From Chlorokybus atmophyticus (taxonomy: Eukaryota > Plantae > Mesostigma and Chlorokybus algae): DNA of 64,000 bases. The translations under genes and the position numbers were made by a program. Positions within the stretch are counted from its first letter, which is position 1. The number at the start of each line of letters is the position of its first letter. The DNA is taken from contig RHPI01002823.1 in NCBI GenBank assembly GCA_009103225.1, forward strand, positions 257,104 through 321,103, written 5' to 3'. The notes under the pieces are model-generated. The model had not been told where the DNA came from, did no database searches, and was given only the letters and a program-made list of their open reading frames with translations. Shown here one piece after another: positions 20,538 to 33,100 of the stretch.

Positions 20538-21751
20538 GGAGGAGTNACAGGAGGGGGTTTGAGGAGGAGCTCTGAGGCAGGCACCACGGGTTGACAAGCT
20601 GCGCATGAGTCCAACAACTAGACTCAATGTTATAGGGTAGTTTCATGCGCAAGTCGGCTGCTCAGTTGTACGTGGACATACTCTCACCACTGCCCGTACA
20701 TTGTATATATTGTGGGCTTTTAGGTGCAAGACCAAACAATCAGTCCAAGGTTTGTACAAGCTGCATGGCATGTTAGTTTTGGCTTACGGCAAGAATTGCC
20801 AACTTTTGTCAAACGGCAAGGGTCACATATTAACAGCAGTGTAACGGCAAAGAAACTGCCGGCTATTGCTGTCAGCTGTCCGTAACTACCGGCTAACGGC
20901 CGTCTGTGCACATCTACCAAAGGGTAACTGGTTGACAACTCTTGGCCGGTTAGTGCCACTGACAACCACTTTCCGCCCGCGGCCGTCTGCGTCAGTCCAC
21001 TTAAGCCGACGGCAAACCCAATAGTCCAAAAGTAATATTTCAGGCAGCGACAGGCAGGCTCAGGCAGGCTCAGGCACCAGTCAGTCCCTCAGTCCTTAGT
21101 CAGTCACCGTGTAAAATTTCCAACGGTTGGGGGTGATTTCAATTGCAATGCAGCAGGTAATGCAGGCAACGTGCATGATGCATGCAATGCAATTACATGG
21201 CATCCAGTGCATGATACACAGTTAGGACGCACCGCATTGGAAGTCCCATACGAACTTGCACGTGCAGATGCTAGATTCACGCAGACGACAAAGAACGCTC
21301 AGATTACACACCACTACCACCTCGCACAAAATCAATAGCGACTGATGCAGCAATCAGCTAAAAACCGAAATGTCGTTAAAAACCTTCGACACCTTTAATT
21401 TACTGCAAGACAACAAAGACGAGGACAGACTGCCACAATAGCTATGTTATGCTGATGCTTACGCTTACATAATCCACATACACGTTGCAACACAGCAATG
21501 TGAATCGTCACCGCATTATAGCATATGATGAGTTTATCAAAGACCAACACAAAATATGACAGAATGGTAGCTGTGGAGGCATGATAATAGATGGTCACTT
21601 TTTAGCAGAGGCAAGCACAGCATAAAGATGGAGAGGAGAGTTGAAACACACGGCGAGGCGACAGGCGTCGCCGCAAAAGCTCGGATGCCCGTTTAGCAGG
21701 AGGGAAGCGAGCTTGTCCAGCCATTCTGTTGCAGCAGAACTGTACCCAGTA

Positions 21752-24700
21752 GGGTAAAGTGCTCTAATTTCGGCGCGTGACCTTATTTCGGCGCAGGCAG
21801 TTTTTTGGCTGCTGTGATGGCTGTGGGCCGTTGATTGCGTTGGGCTCTTGAGCGCTGTTAGATTAGGAAGATACGCGTCTACCGATGGAAACGCTAGCCC
21901 TTTGAACATGTATGGCGGGAGTTTTAAATTTCTAAATATATACAGTTTAAGTGAAATGCTGCCCCTATAATCCTTAACTGTTGTAACTTTTGAACGCAAG
22001 TGATTTTGATGAGCGGTTTGTTGCATTGTTTTAGTTATGTAATAATGCAATTTCTATTAAAGTTTCAGGTTATTTGAATGTGAAACAAGCAAATTATTAT
22101 GCCACCCCACACGCGTATCGCCGCGAGTGATAACAATATTGTAACTAACATAACTTCTTGCTGGGGTTAGCTTTTGGAGTGCGGTTTGTTGCCTAGTTTT
22201 AGTTAGCACTAAAGCTAGCTGCCTACAAAATTACAGCTCCTATGGTTAAGGCATGAGGAAGTTGGTTTGCCACCCTACCGCAAGGTTGCGTAGAGGTTTA
22301 AATGAGCTTGGTTGGGTGTGCATGTGGCTTGTAGCGCGTGGGTGCATTGTTGTTTGGCTTGATGGTCGTGTTGTGCTAGGCAGTGAGGGCGTTTGCCGGT
22401 ATACCGCTTGGTTAGGTGCCTTGCTTACATGCAAGGTGAGGAGGCACACGGGGAGAAGCACACGGTTGGCATGAGCAAGTGTATTGCAAGCTTCACAAGG
22501 CTGTTCCTATGCCAACTCAGGTACCTATTGCAATGCTACTGCTGTGCACTGATCGGCTCAGATTCTCTGTTCATCATAGCCAACATGTTGTTGCACTCAC
22601 ACAGCTCCTCATCGTGCCTGTATTGAGGCACTCTGCTGTGTTGCAAGGTGACTAGGACTGCTGCTGGCAGCGCTAAGAGCGATTCAACAAGTCAGTGCCG
22701 CTGCGAGCCAAGCAGCTGCTAAACAAGAGGGGCCCCTACATGCCTCGTAAGGCGAGGTTGTCACTGCTGCCACGAGTACAAGAGGCAGTCCAAGCTGTCA
22801 AACAGGGCTGCATGACTGCAAGGGAGGCAGTACGGGAGGTAGGGCTCGCAGAGTCAACAATGAAGGACTACGTGGCTTCCCCTTCACGCCTGCAGCAGTA
22901 CAAGTGAGTTAGAGCATGCATTGCTATTCCACACTGTGCATTGCTGCGCATGTGCAACACTATGCAGTGCTGTGCACTGTGCTTTGCTGTGCAATGTGCT
23001 TTGCTATGCTGCTAGGGGTGCACGTAGACCAACCTTCTTAAATGTGGAGGAGGAGGTCAAGCTGGCGGAGCTGATCACTTACCAGAAACGCCATAAATTG
23101 TGCAATGACAAAGGAAGATACACAAGTCCATGTGGGGAAGCAACTCGCCAAGAACCCGAGAAGCAAGCAATTCAAAGATGGGAAACCTGGCGCTCGTTGG
23201 GTGAGGATGTTCAGCGTCATATGCTAAGGAAGAGGAAAGCGGAGGCAGTTGATGCAAGCAGGCGTATGTCCTTTAAGCGCTGGGTCGTAAAGGATTACTT
23301 TAAACGCCTCAAGGAAGATCTGGATGTGATGAAGATTGGCCCGGACCGTATCATCAGTTGTGACGAGATTGGAATAGAGTCAGACTCCACCCTGCGTAAC
23401 CAATTTGTGATAGTCAAGAGGTGAGTGACAGTATGCTTTGCCAAAGTGCAGTGCATGCCAACATGATGCTTTGCATGCCAACATGATGCACATGAATCAA
23501 CACATGCATTTACAGCAATTCCAAGTTCGCTTAGTTAGCCACATCTGGGGCCAGACAGCACATTACCTGCATGGCAGCTGGGACGGCTGCTGGCTACTGC
23601 ATCCCCCCCACCGCTATCCTCGCAGGCCAGCACCTCTACCCTGAGCGGGGAGAGGCCTTTGACTTGCATGGCGCCAGCCTCAGCGTCCAGCAGAATGCCT
23701 GGATGACTACTGAACATTTCTCCACCTGGATTGATCATCTGCAAAGCAACATGCCTAGGGGGATTAGTCAAAGCAGCCCAGCTCTCCTCATCTGTGACGG
23801 CCACGTTAGTCGCTACCATGTGGCTACCATAGACAAGTGCAAAGAGATGGGCTTGGAGATACTCTTTTTGCCCCCCCACACCACACACAGACTGCAGAAT
23901 AGATGTTGCCTGTTTCTCAAGCTTCAAGTCTGTGTACAAGAAGGTATACTCTGCATGGCTGAAGGACAACAGAGGTTTGAGAGGCCTACCTAATGAGCAA
24001 TTCTTGAAGATGCTCGTGCCGTGCTTTATGCAAGGGCTTAGTGCGGCCAACATCATGGCTGGGTTCCAGGCATGCGGTGAGTGTAACTCATCCATGTGCA
24101 TGTGTGCAACTGCATGTGTGCATGTGCATGTGTATGCGTGCACCTGTGCAACACAACTGACCATACTGCTGTTCACGCAGGCATGCACCCGTTCAATGCT
24201 GATGCAGTTGACAAATACCTCCCTCCTGAACCTCCCAAGGGTCTGCTGGATGTGCTTGCTGACGTCCTGGAAGGAGAGCCCCCCCAAGTAGCAGAGGTGG
24301 AGGAGGAGGAGGTGCAGGAGCAAACCCAAGCCAACGTCAACGTTCAACCTGCGAAGAAAAAGAGGAGGACGGGTGTGAGACCAGCAACAGCAGAGTGGCT
24401 GATGCATGCTGACATTTGAGACGGGCAATACCAGCTTGAGGAGGATAGAAGGGCAGCAAAGGAGGCTGTGCAGCAACACAAGGAGGCCCGTGCAGTAGCT
24501 GCGGAAGAGCGAGCTGATGCTACTGCTGCAGAGAAGGCTGCAGCAGTAGCGGCCAGGAAGCAAGAGGCAGCACGCATCGCTGCAAAAAAACAAGCCCACA
24601 AAGATCAGCAGAAGGCAGCTAGATCAGCAGAGGCAGCAGCAAAGAATGCGGGGCAAAAACAAGCAGCGGCTGAGAGAAGAGAGGCAAAACAATTGGAGGA

Positions 24701-25438
24701 GGAGCAACGGGCTAAGACAAGAGAGGAGGCGCTGGACTTACTCAGTAAATGGGATTGGGATCCTATGCTATGGGTTAGCGAGAGGCACCTGCCATTCTTT
24801 GAGTGGGGCGAATGGCTCCATGCACGTATCAACCGCCCCTTCCCAAGCCCAGAGAGTAGACTAGCAGGAGTAAAGTGGCGGGCTAAGCGTGCTGCTAGAC
24901 AGTGGCATACACGCAAACCCCTTGTACATACACCATGATAACCCTTACAACATCCACAGCCTTGCCATGCATGCTGTTGCTGCTGTCGCTGCGCACATGA
25001 CCCACATGCACAGCAACATGCATCCTACGCTTACTGTGCCTTGCTTTGCTTGAAAGCTGTCTCCCGCCACGTTGGCGGGAAAAAGAACGACAGCTGTAGT
25101 GCACTGTGGCGGCAAAACGCAGCTGTCAGTGTCAGTACACCAGCAGCCACACATCACCCGCTACATCACATGACATGGCCGACGCCAGTCCTGCTACTAT
25201 ACAGCCAAAACAGCGGCCGAAATAAGGTCACGTTAAGTTTTGACCTGCATGACTTACACATGCCCACTTAGCAGGGCATATCTGCCGCGTCACTGCTCCA
25301 ATTTTATTTTAAAAAATACCTACGTGCAGCCAACTTGATTTCCTTCAACGCATTCACTCACATCACCGCCCAAAAACAAACACCCTAAGAGCTGTCACGT
25401 CTCAAACCTTATTTGGCCGAAATTAGAGCACTTTACCC
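21752..25438 (+). mobile_element. Full-length pogo/Tigger-like (Tc1/mariner) DNA transposon
   Basis: Perfect 23-bp TIRs GGGTAAAGTGCTCTAATTTCGGC, TA TSD (21750-51 and 25439-40), an inner 17-bp inverted repeat (21776-21792 / 25216-25232), and an internal transposase. Confidence 0.93.
22740..24938 (+). pseudogene. Intron-containing pogo-family DDE transposase (HTH + DDE_1-type core + long coiled-coil tail)
   Basis: MPRK...EAVQAVKQG.MTAREA..EVGLAESTMKD (HTH_psq-like); IISCDEIG; AWMTTEHF..WIDH; LLICDGHVS; LFLPPHTTHRLQ. Frameshifts and a stop at 24417-19. Confidence 0.88.
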
Positions 25439-26112
25439 TATAAAACCCACCACGGACACACAACGGATGAGTAGAATAAACAACATGCAGCTAGCATACC
25501 GCAACGCCTAATGCCCCAACGAACAATAGACGGCGTTCCTGCGACCATACCGCCAGAACGCATTGGGATTGCAAGTTGGATTCGATTAGGTCAACGAGAA
25601 CGTGATAACTAACAGTGAAGAGGGTTAAGAGAGGAGAAACAGCAGTCCTAATAAAAGCATGTCTTTGGTACAGGCAAAATAGCCGATTGTGGGCTGCGGC
25701 CCAAATGCAAATTGAGGCCAGGCATCCACGGTCGCCGAAAACCTTTAACCCTAACATGGAATGCTAACTATGACTGTGATTCAGAACCCCAGAATTGCTG
25801 AACTCGGTGTAACTAGAGCCCACGACGAACCCAGTTCCTGAATTTCGGTGACCACACATCAATAAATTCAAATTGGTTTGTGCAAAGGTCCAATATCTGT
25901 TTTCGGGTGCCGCGGACTTTTGTCCCAAACGGGTTGCCGTCGCTGGGACCACCAGTATGTTTGCAATGGGACCCTAATCCTGATCCATTGCTTTGCACTC
26001 AACGAGTCAACAACGACCCCAGACAGACCCACCCCAGCCGGCGGTTCAGTTCGACCCGGACCATCTCATCACTCTGCGACAGTTTGCAAAGGAGTTCCCA
26101 ATGGTTGTCAAA

Positions 26113-26167
26113 TGTAGGGTCCCATTCATTAACACAACTTGGTAGTGCCAATGAATGGGACCCTACA
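26113..26167. repeat. 18-bp perfect inverted repeat with a 19-nt loop
   Basis: TGTAGGGTCCCATTCATT ... AATGAATGGGACCCTACA. Confidence 0.8.
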
Positions 26168-27661
26168 GGGTTGGAGTCCTGCTGTAGGACCCTATTCACG
26201 CAATGTCATCCACTGATCATCATCTAACCAGAAGACGATTCCTGTGGTCCCCGTCACATCACCGGCAGCCCATCAAGCATTTCGTACCCAAGGATTCGCT
26301 TGTTAGCAATGACGGGTGGGGACGATTTTGGTGCGACTTCTCGGACAAGCTCAACCTGCAAGCAGTCGGCCCAATGAGTAGAAAGGCCTCAATTGGAGGT
26401 TCAGTGTAGTGGTACCCTGCACGAGAGTTGTCCGTACTGGTTCTCTTGACCCTTGTAGGAGCACACCGCGCTTGAGTCAAGGTCGGCCGCTTGATCTTGA
26501 TTCTAGTGATGAGCAAAAGATCTGCCCCAATCTCGAGTTACCGTCAGCAACACGTGCCTAGCTCATGCATGGACTACGCCATGCGTTGACAAATTGAGCA
26601 CAGCGGGCCTTTCAAGCTCATCGTCACATGCACAACGTCAATGTGACGTGTAAACGTAGTGGGCCATGAAGAGAGCATGCGCAGTGCACATAAGACAGCC
26701 CAGTTTCGCACATAAATCAGCGCGCTGGAAGCCTATAAGCGGCAAATTCAATGGGAACGCACAGTGGTTCCTGGGTATGAAGCGTGACGAGTTGGGCGTG
26801 ACGCGCCAACATAGTGACCCTAGTCCCTGTATGAGGGGCCTGATTCCCTCTCAGACCCCACGCCGACGGAACAGTCGTTGTCCTACTTTGCCTGCGTTCA
26901 AAACTCAGTACATTGCGCGCTGTGTCTTACAAGAGCGCGCAGCGTATCAGACGTGTGCAGACGTAGGCGCGCAGGGTATAAAGCCTCGGCTTCCGTGCCG
27001 CAATGATGCGGCCGCAATGATCTCCGCGCCCTGTCAGCAAGCTGCTCAGCAGCGCTACTTGAACCGGCTAGTAACCGGCTCAAAACAGCTCACTTACCAC
27101 TTTAGCCTGCCTTCCAGCGGTCAGTGGCAGCAGCGCGGCGGGTTCTTAACCATGACTCACATCGCCAGTGTATCCCAGCATATCTTCGTCAGGTCCGGTC
27201 CCTTGTACTGCAGCCCCAAAACAATTCATCGGCACCACAGCGGAGGTCCCATCCCGTAGGTTCCAAGTACCGTCTCGGATGAACGAAAATAGCGGCAACT
27301 ATTGTTCAGACATACTCAGCTCTGTGGTTAACCGTTGCGGTGGAGGCGCACCCGCGCCGGTCTCGCGCTCAATGTGCAGGCGCGCTGTGCAGGACAAAAG
27401 GCTTATATGGACTAACGCGAGCAGACGAGAATGTCAATCAACATCACCGTTAACCATTAGTTTAGAAAAGGCCCCAAACAACAATCACTGCGCGGCGGCA
27501 ACATTATTAGGCGGAGAGTGCCTTTGTAGCTTGCTGGTGTGTTATTAGCAGTGGCGCTGCAGTCATTCGCAACATCATTGTGCGGGTGATTGGCGGCAGT
27601 GGTAAAGTGGTTTTGGCGAGCGTGGCGGGAAGCAGTGGCAACGAGTGTGTTGTTGCTAGCC

Positions 27662-29058
27662 ATGGCGCCGCCGAGGGCGACCCGGACGTCCATATTCGCC
27701 ACGACGCCTCTGCCTGTGGGCATGCAGCGCCTCACATCCAACCTGCAGCAGGCGGCCCAGGCCAAGGCGGCTGCCGCCCATGCCGCCGCCGCCGCCGCTG
27801 CTGCAGCAGCAGCAGCAGCTGCCGCCGCCTCCGGCTCTTGCCACTTCCCACCTGAGTTCCAACTCCCGCCTCACTTCTTCCAACCCCACATGCCCGCAGG
27901 TGTGCACACGTCCACAATGCTGCGGTGTACACAGAGTGCGTGTGTCTTGTGTGTTGCGTACTATGTCCTACTATGCATGAGCTAGTGTGCATATGGACTG
28001 CAAGTTGGCACAACCAAAGGCTTCTTTCCCTTGATCCTGTACACACGCGCACGCATGCATGTCTATCTTGCAACAGTGTGAAAGTCCATCACAGACCATG
28101 TACCTCTCACACTCAGCTTGATATCTCTCTTATCTCTCAGATGGTGATGCAATGGTGCCGTCCATGAACTTCAACGACCACATGGGCGATATCAAGTCCA
28201 TGTCTCAACCAGACGCTGGCCTTGCCAGCAGCTGCCTCCTGTCAGACGACGGCGACAACAATGACTCTGGTGATGACAACACTGACAACGTCGGCACCCC
28301 CGACGGCTCTTCCCAACCCCCACGCAAACTGAAGAGGTGGGGTCTTGTTGGAATGTGGACATGTCCTGGTCTTCTGCAGGCTCGCGCGCGTGTGCATGTG
28401 TTCAAGCAATCACAAACCTCGTTGGCGGTTTCTGGCTTGGAGGTTGACTGTGTGCATTGTGGTTAGAATGCTGGCGAATAGGGAGTCTGCAAGGCGCTCA
28501 AGAAAGCGCAAGCAGGAGCATGTGGACAAGTTGGAAACAATGGTAGGCCACTTGTTGTTGCGGTTGCCCAGGTGCAACTATGAATGTGGGGTGAGTCAGT
28601 TCCTGATGAGCGCGTGTGTGTACAGGCTGCGAACTTGAGAACGGAGAATACCTCACTACAGAAACAAGTTGGCCAGTACAAGCAGCAAGTCTGCGCCATC
28701 ATGCAAGAGTGCGCTCACCTCAGACGCCAGGTACCAGCCCACCAACAACAACCACAAGCACAACTTGAACAACGACCACCACCACCACCATCACCATCGC
28801 CACCAACCCAACTCACCAACTGCTGTTTTTCAGCTGCTGAGACTAAGGGCGGCGCCATCTTCATCTGAAGCGGCGGTTGCGACGTCATCAATGGGTGGTG
28901 ACTTGCATTCACCCTCGTCGTCGTGCGATCCCGTGCCTGTGCCATCATTGATGTCGTCGGACGAGGATTCCGCCGCCCCTGCGCGCGCAACCACACCGGA
29001 CGGGGAGACAAATAGTGCCCTCGCGTCCTCACTCACCACAGTCTCAAGGTGGGTGTGA
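27662..29058 (+). CDS. bZIP transcription factor (about 5 exons)
   Basis: Basic region split by an intron, RKLKR|RMLANRESARRSRKRKQEHVDKLETM, then the zipper AANLRTENTSLQKQV...; N-terminal poly-Ala. Confidence 0.88.
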
Positions 29059-30189
29059 ATGTTGGTGATGCTGCTGCTGTGTCTGTTTGTTGTTATGATG
29101 TGACGAGGTGATGCTGATGCTATGTGTGTGGGTGTGTGCAGAGGGAATGCGGTTGTGCCCGTGATGACCGCTGCGTCCGCTTCAATCGACATGGAGGCTG
29201 CATTTTTGGATGACGACGAGGAAGAATGTGAAGGAAGATAATAGTTTTGTTGTTGCAATCGTGGTGTATATATTAGACTGTCGGTTACTCGCAATCCTTT
29301 TCAACTTTGCGTGCATACCAATAGATGCTATGGTGGTATAGCCATAGTGGTGCAGTTAGTAGCAACTCTCTGTCTGTAAACTCTGTATGAGATATACGTT
29401 AAGTGTAAGGTGGTATGAAAATGTTTTTCGTTGCGCACCAGTTCAAAAGGTTGTGCTGTGTTCTGCATGTGACCTGAATTAACTTGGTGTGTTTCTGGTG
29501 GCTACTGTCATAGTATGTACCTGTAAGATGTGCTTGAGCATGCTTCCACCAATCTGGAGAACTCTGCTGTATGCGGTTGCTAAACTGCATTGTACTACTG
29601 CATTGGAACGTATGTGTGCGTAGTATTATACTGGGTTATCTCGCATATGCCTCGTCTGATTGGTTGTATAGCCGAAATCACAAAGTGTTGTAAGTGTGCC
29701 ACTTACTCGGCACCGCTTATTACCACTTGCTGTCTACCTGTTGTAGGAACAAAAACACGCTGTCACATAGTCATGCCCNTGCGATACTAACTCCAGCTAT
29801 GCGTCCCTGTACATATAATGTGGCATGCAACGGCGCATGCATGTGCTGTTGTGGACTTACCTGAAGTGTACATTCGGCAGAAAAGTTGCGTTGTGGCCAA
29901 GTTTGCAGGAGCATACAGAGTGAACAGCGGTGATAAGTCTTGCAAGTTTGGCCACCTTCAACTGCGCAAATCACCTGCATACCCGAGCATGCATGTATAC
30001 ATGCACCAGCGCGTGTTTGAATGCATGCCGCGCTCAAGCTCAAGCTTGCGCGCATTACTCCATGCCGCTGATATAGCTTGCTGCACGCAACGCACACCTG
30101 AGCAAGTCCACACTCTGGTGATGCAAAGCATGCTCCACCCTCGACAGGAGCGCACAACCACAGCAGCAGAAAAGGACGCCGACGCAATA

Positions 30190-33100
30190 TTAAGTTGACA
30201 TAGAGTAGACCATCTCTTCATACAGTATAAGGCGATGCACGCACTGCGCAGTAGACAGTCTGCCGGGCCCGAGTATGCGCTCGAGCGTGGACTGCGTCCT
30301 CTCATCAATGTTGTCGTCTCTCTGCTGCACCTCCTGTAAGTACCTGTACACTGCCACGAACACCTCCTCCCCCAACTGCTGCTCACAGTGCTGCCTGCTT
30401 GTCGTAAAACAAGTACAGCATGACTAAGGGACAGTGACTGTTCAAAAACCATGATGAGAAACCAGGGATGGATACCTGTGATTGATATTTACATTACCTG
30501 AGGGCCTCTATGCGCGAGGCGTTGGGTGGACCCGCTGTTGGCGGGCGTGAAGGAGTGGTGTGACCAGAGGAGTCCGGCTGAAAAGGATGTTGTTGGGTTG
30601 AGGAGAAGCGGTTCTGTTGGCTTGCACCATCGGATGCAGGTGTGTCTTCAGTTAGAGCCAGCCTTGACATCTGCGCTATCTGCATGGCTGAGACCTCCGC
30701 GAGGTCGTCCTGCCGGAGGTCCCGCTCGTCGGATGCAAGTACTTCTTGCATCTGATCCAACACTTGCAGCAGTTCCCGCTCGCCCTTGTTGCCTGCCACG
30801 GCTTCCGTCGCGGCCAATGCAACATGTATGGCCCGGTCCTGCTGCTGCACGGCTGATGATGGTGATGAATACAATGATGAGCGGTCGCTTGCTTCTTCTG
30901 TCCATATCGCATAAGGGCAAAAGATCTCAACTTTCAAGTCTGCACTTGACCTCCGAACAACACGCTTGCGTTGCCTGCCATGTATATGGTTGCTGTCCCA
31001 AACGTGGGTTTGTAAGTGTGATCCATAACGGCATTATGATGACCTACCGGCCTGAACTTGTTGGTTCAGATGTTCCCACATCCGAGCGGTTCCTCTGTGT
31101 GACCTCAGAGTTGTCTGTTGATGAATCTGGTGTATAGCATAGCCCGAGGCTAACATCTCCTTCGGATGCCTGTGCAGAAGCAATAAGGGTTGATGTTCAA
31201 ACGCAACATGGACCCCCCCCCCCTTCCCCCCCCCTTCTCTCCAACAACGACGACAACAACAATAACATGCGACGCATAGAACAACCCGTTGTATCACCTG
31301 TGGGCCCAGCAGGAACGCAGGTTGGATATCAGCCTTTGATATGCGGGGCTGAGCATTGCGCAGACCCTCACGATGGCGTGCCATCCTTTCGCGCAGCTCT
31401 TCGGCTGCCCTGTGCCGCTCCGACACACGGGCAGCACGCTCCGACTTCCACTCCGATGCTCGTTGAATCCGCTGGGATTCTGTGAAAGACACACCCAACT
31501 GTCGTCATCACCATAACTCATGCGTGCACATACTCTGCATCAGTGAGCGCATCAGTGAGCGCACGCGCTTGTGTGTGGGCGTGCTCTTGTCAGTGACCAC
31601 TCACCTGCAATGCTCTCCTCCTGCATCCGTTTCTGTTTCTCAATCTGTTTCTCCCTCATCCGATTCCCCGCATTGGCACGCTGCTTGTCATCAACACTCT
31701 TCACAACCTGCACCGAACGAGAGATCCAACGTCGACCGACAAGTCCACACATGCCATAAGTTGTGTTTACCTTCATCGGGCGCTTTTGCGCTTGCTGCTT
31801 GTTCATGCCAGGTGAAGCCTGCGGCTTGGGAGGCTGCTTGCTCGACCTGACTTGCACTGAATGCTGCTGCTGCTTTCCAACACTGGAAGCTGGACACCAG
31901 AGCACACAAATCAAAATGACATTTGCAACACTCGCAACAACATGCATGTCTTGGCGAACAAACACGCCGACACTAGTACAACAGGCCAAGCGCCAACACA
32001 GCTGTTTGTAGATACCGTTCGACTCGCCTTCTTGTGCCACGAGAGCACCGAACATGCGTCGGTCCCAGTCATCCTGCTCCTCCTCACGGAGGTAGTCGGC
32101 GGACGTGGAGGAGGAGCTGATGCTGCTACTCAGCGAGTCGCTGGTGGTGCTGGGCTTCTCCTCTGTAGCCACCGTGTTCGGCTCTGCGTTGTCCACGCTC
32201 GCACGCTTCAACCTGTTTGGCAGAGCGTCAGCGTACACATTGTCAACGAACTACATCTCTCGATGCAATGCCTTTTCAAACCCTGGGGTTGTGTAACATT
32301 GTACAGTGCGCGTTGTGTCACCTGTCACTGCGCTTTTGAAGAGACATGAGCTCTTTCTGCCGTTCTTGGAGCCAATTCTGCAGGTAGATACCATGCGAGT
32401 TAGCTAGGCTGCCAAATTCTATCAGCCAAGGAAGCTCAGTAGCATACATGGATTGCTATGTCTCATGCCAGCTTCATGCTGTGATTCGACCACCTTGTTG
32501 CTGTCAGCCTTTTGCTGTTTGACCACCATGCGTGCTTCCTTTCGCATGGTTTCAAGGCCAGGAGTCTTCTGCGCTTACAAAATGCTTTTGTCATCATCAC
32601 GAGCTTGTTCCAATGCATTCGACACCTTCCAGCATGTAGTCAGTTCGTGCCTGTTGTGAATTTGGAGGGCTGGACTCGGAGTCGAGAGCATAGTCTTGCT
32701 TTGCAACTGGTGGTGTAGCTGGAGGAGGCTTGGCAGCTGGTGGAGGGGTGGAGTTGGTTGGGGGAAGGGTTTGGCGAAGGAAGTGATTGCGAATGTGGTT
32801 GGTATATGCCTGCAGATATGCCAGATATAGCAACGCGCTCACCCACACACGCGCACACAACCATGTAGACAATTATACACACAATCAGAGACAGGAATGC
32901 ACCTGAATAAAACTTCTGACATATGGCAAGGCCAGCACTTGGTTGACGGATGGCCTGTCTTCCGGTTGGCGTTTGAGCATCGACGCAATGAGCGTTCGGA
33001 GGTTGCTGCTGTAGTGCGCGGGAATGGGCGGGTACCTCCCGCGCAGAATCTTCAACACCAACGCTGGTAAACTCTGTGGTGAACAAAGTTAGTTGTAAAC

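Noticed and set aside
20343-20575. Short duplications around single N bases (AAAGCGACCATCAAG; GGAGGGGGTTTGAGGAGGAG)
   Set aside because: Each pair flanks an N and looks like a contig-join artefact.
23535-24599. 354-aa minus-strand ORF
   Set aside because: It is an antisense shadow of the pogo transposase and its introns, with no motifs.
26200-27400. Possible snRNA, tRNA or organelle-derived insert
   Set aside because: No recognisable RNA gene motifs or protein similarity by eye; the ORFs lack domain features.
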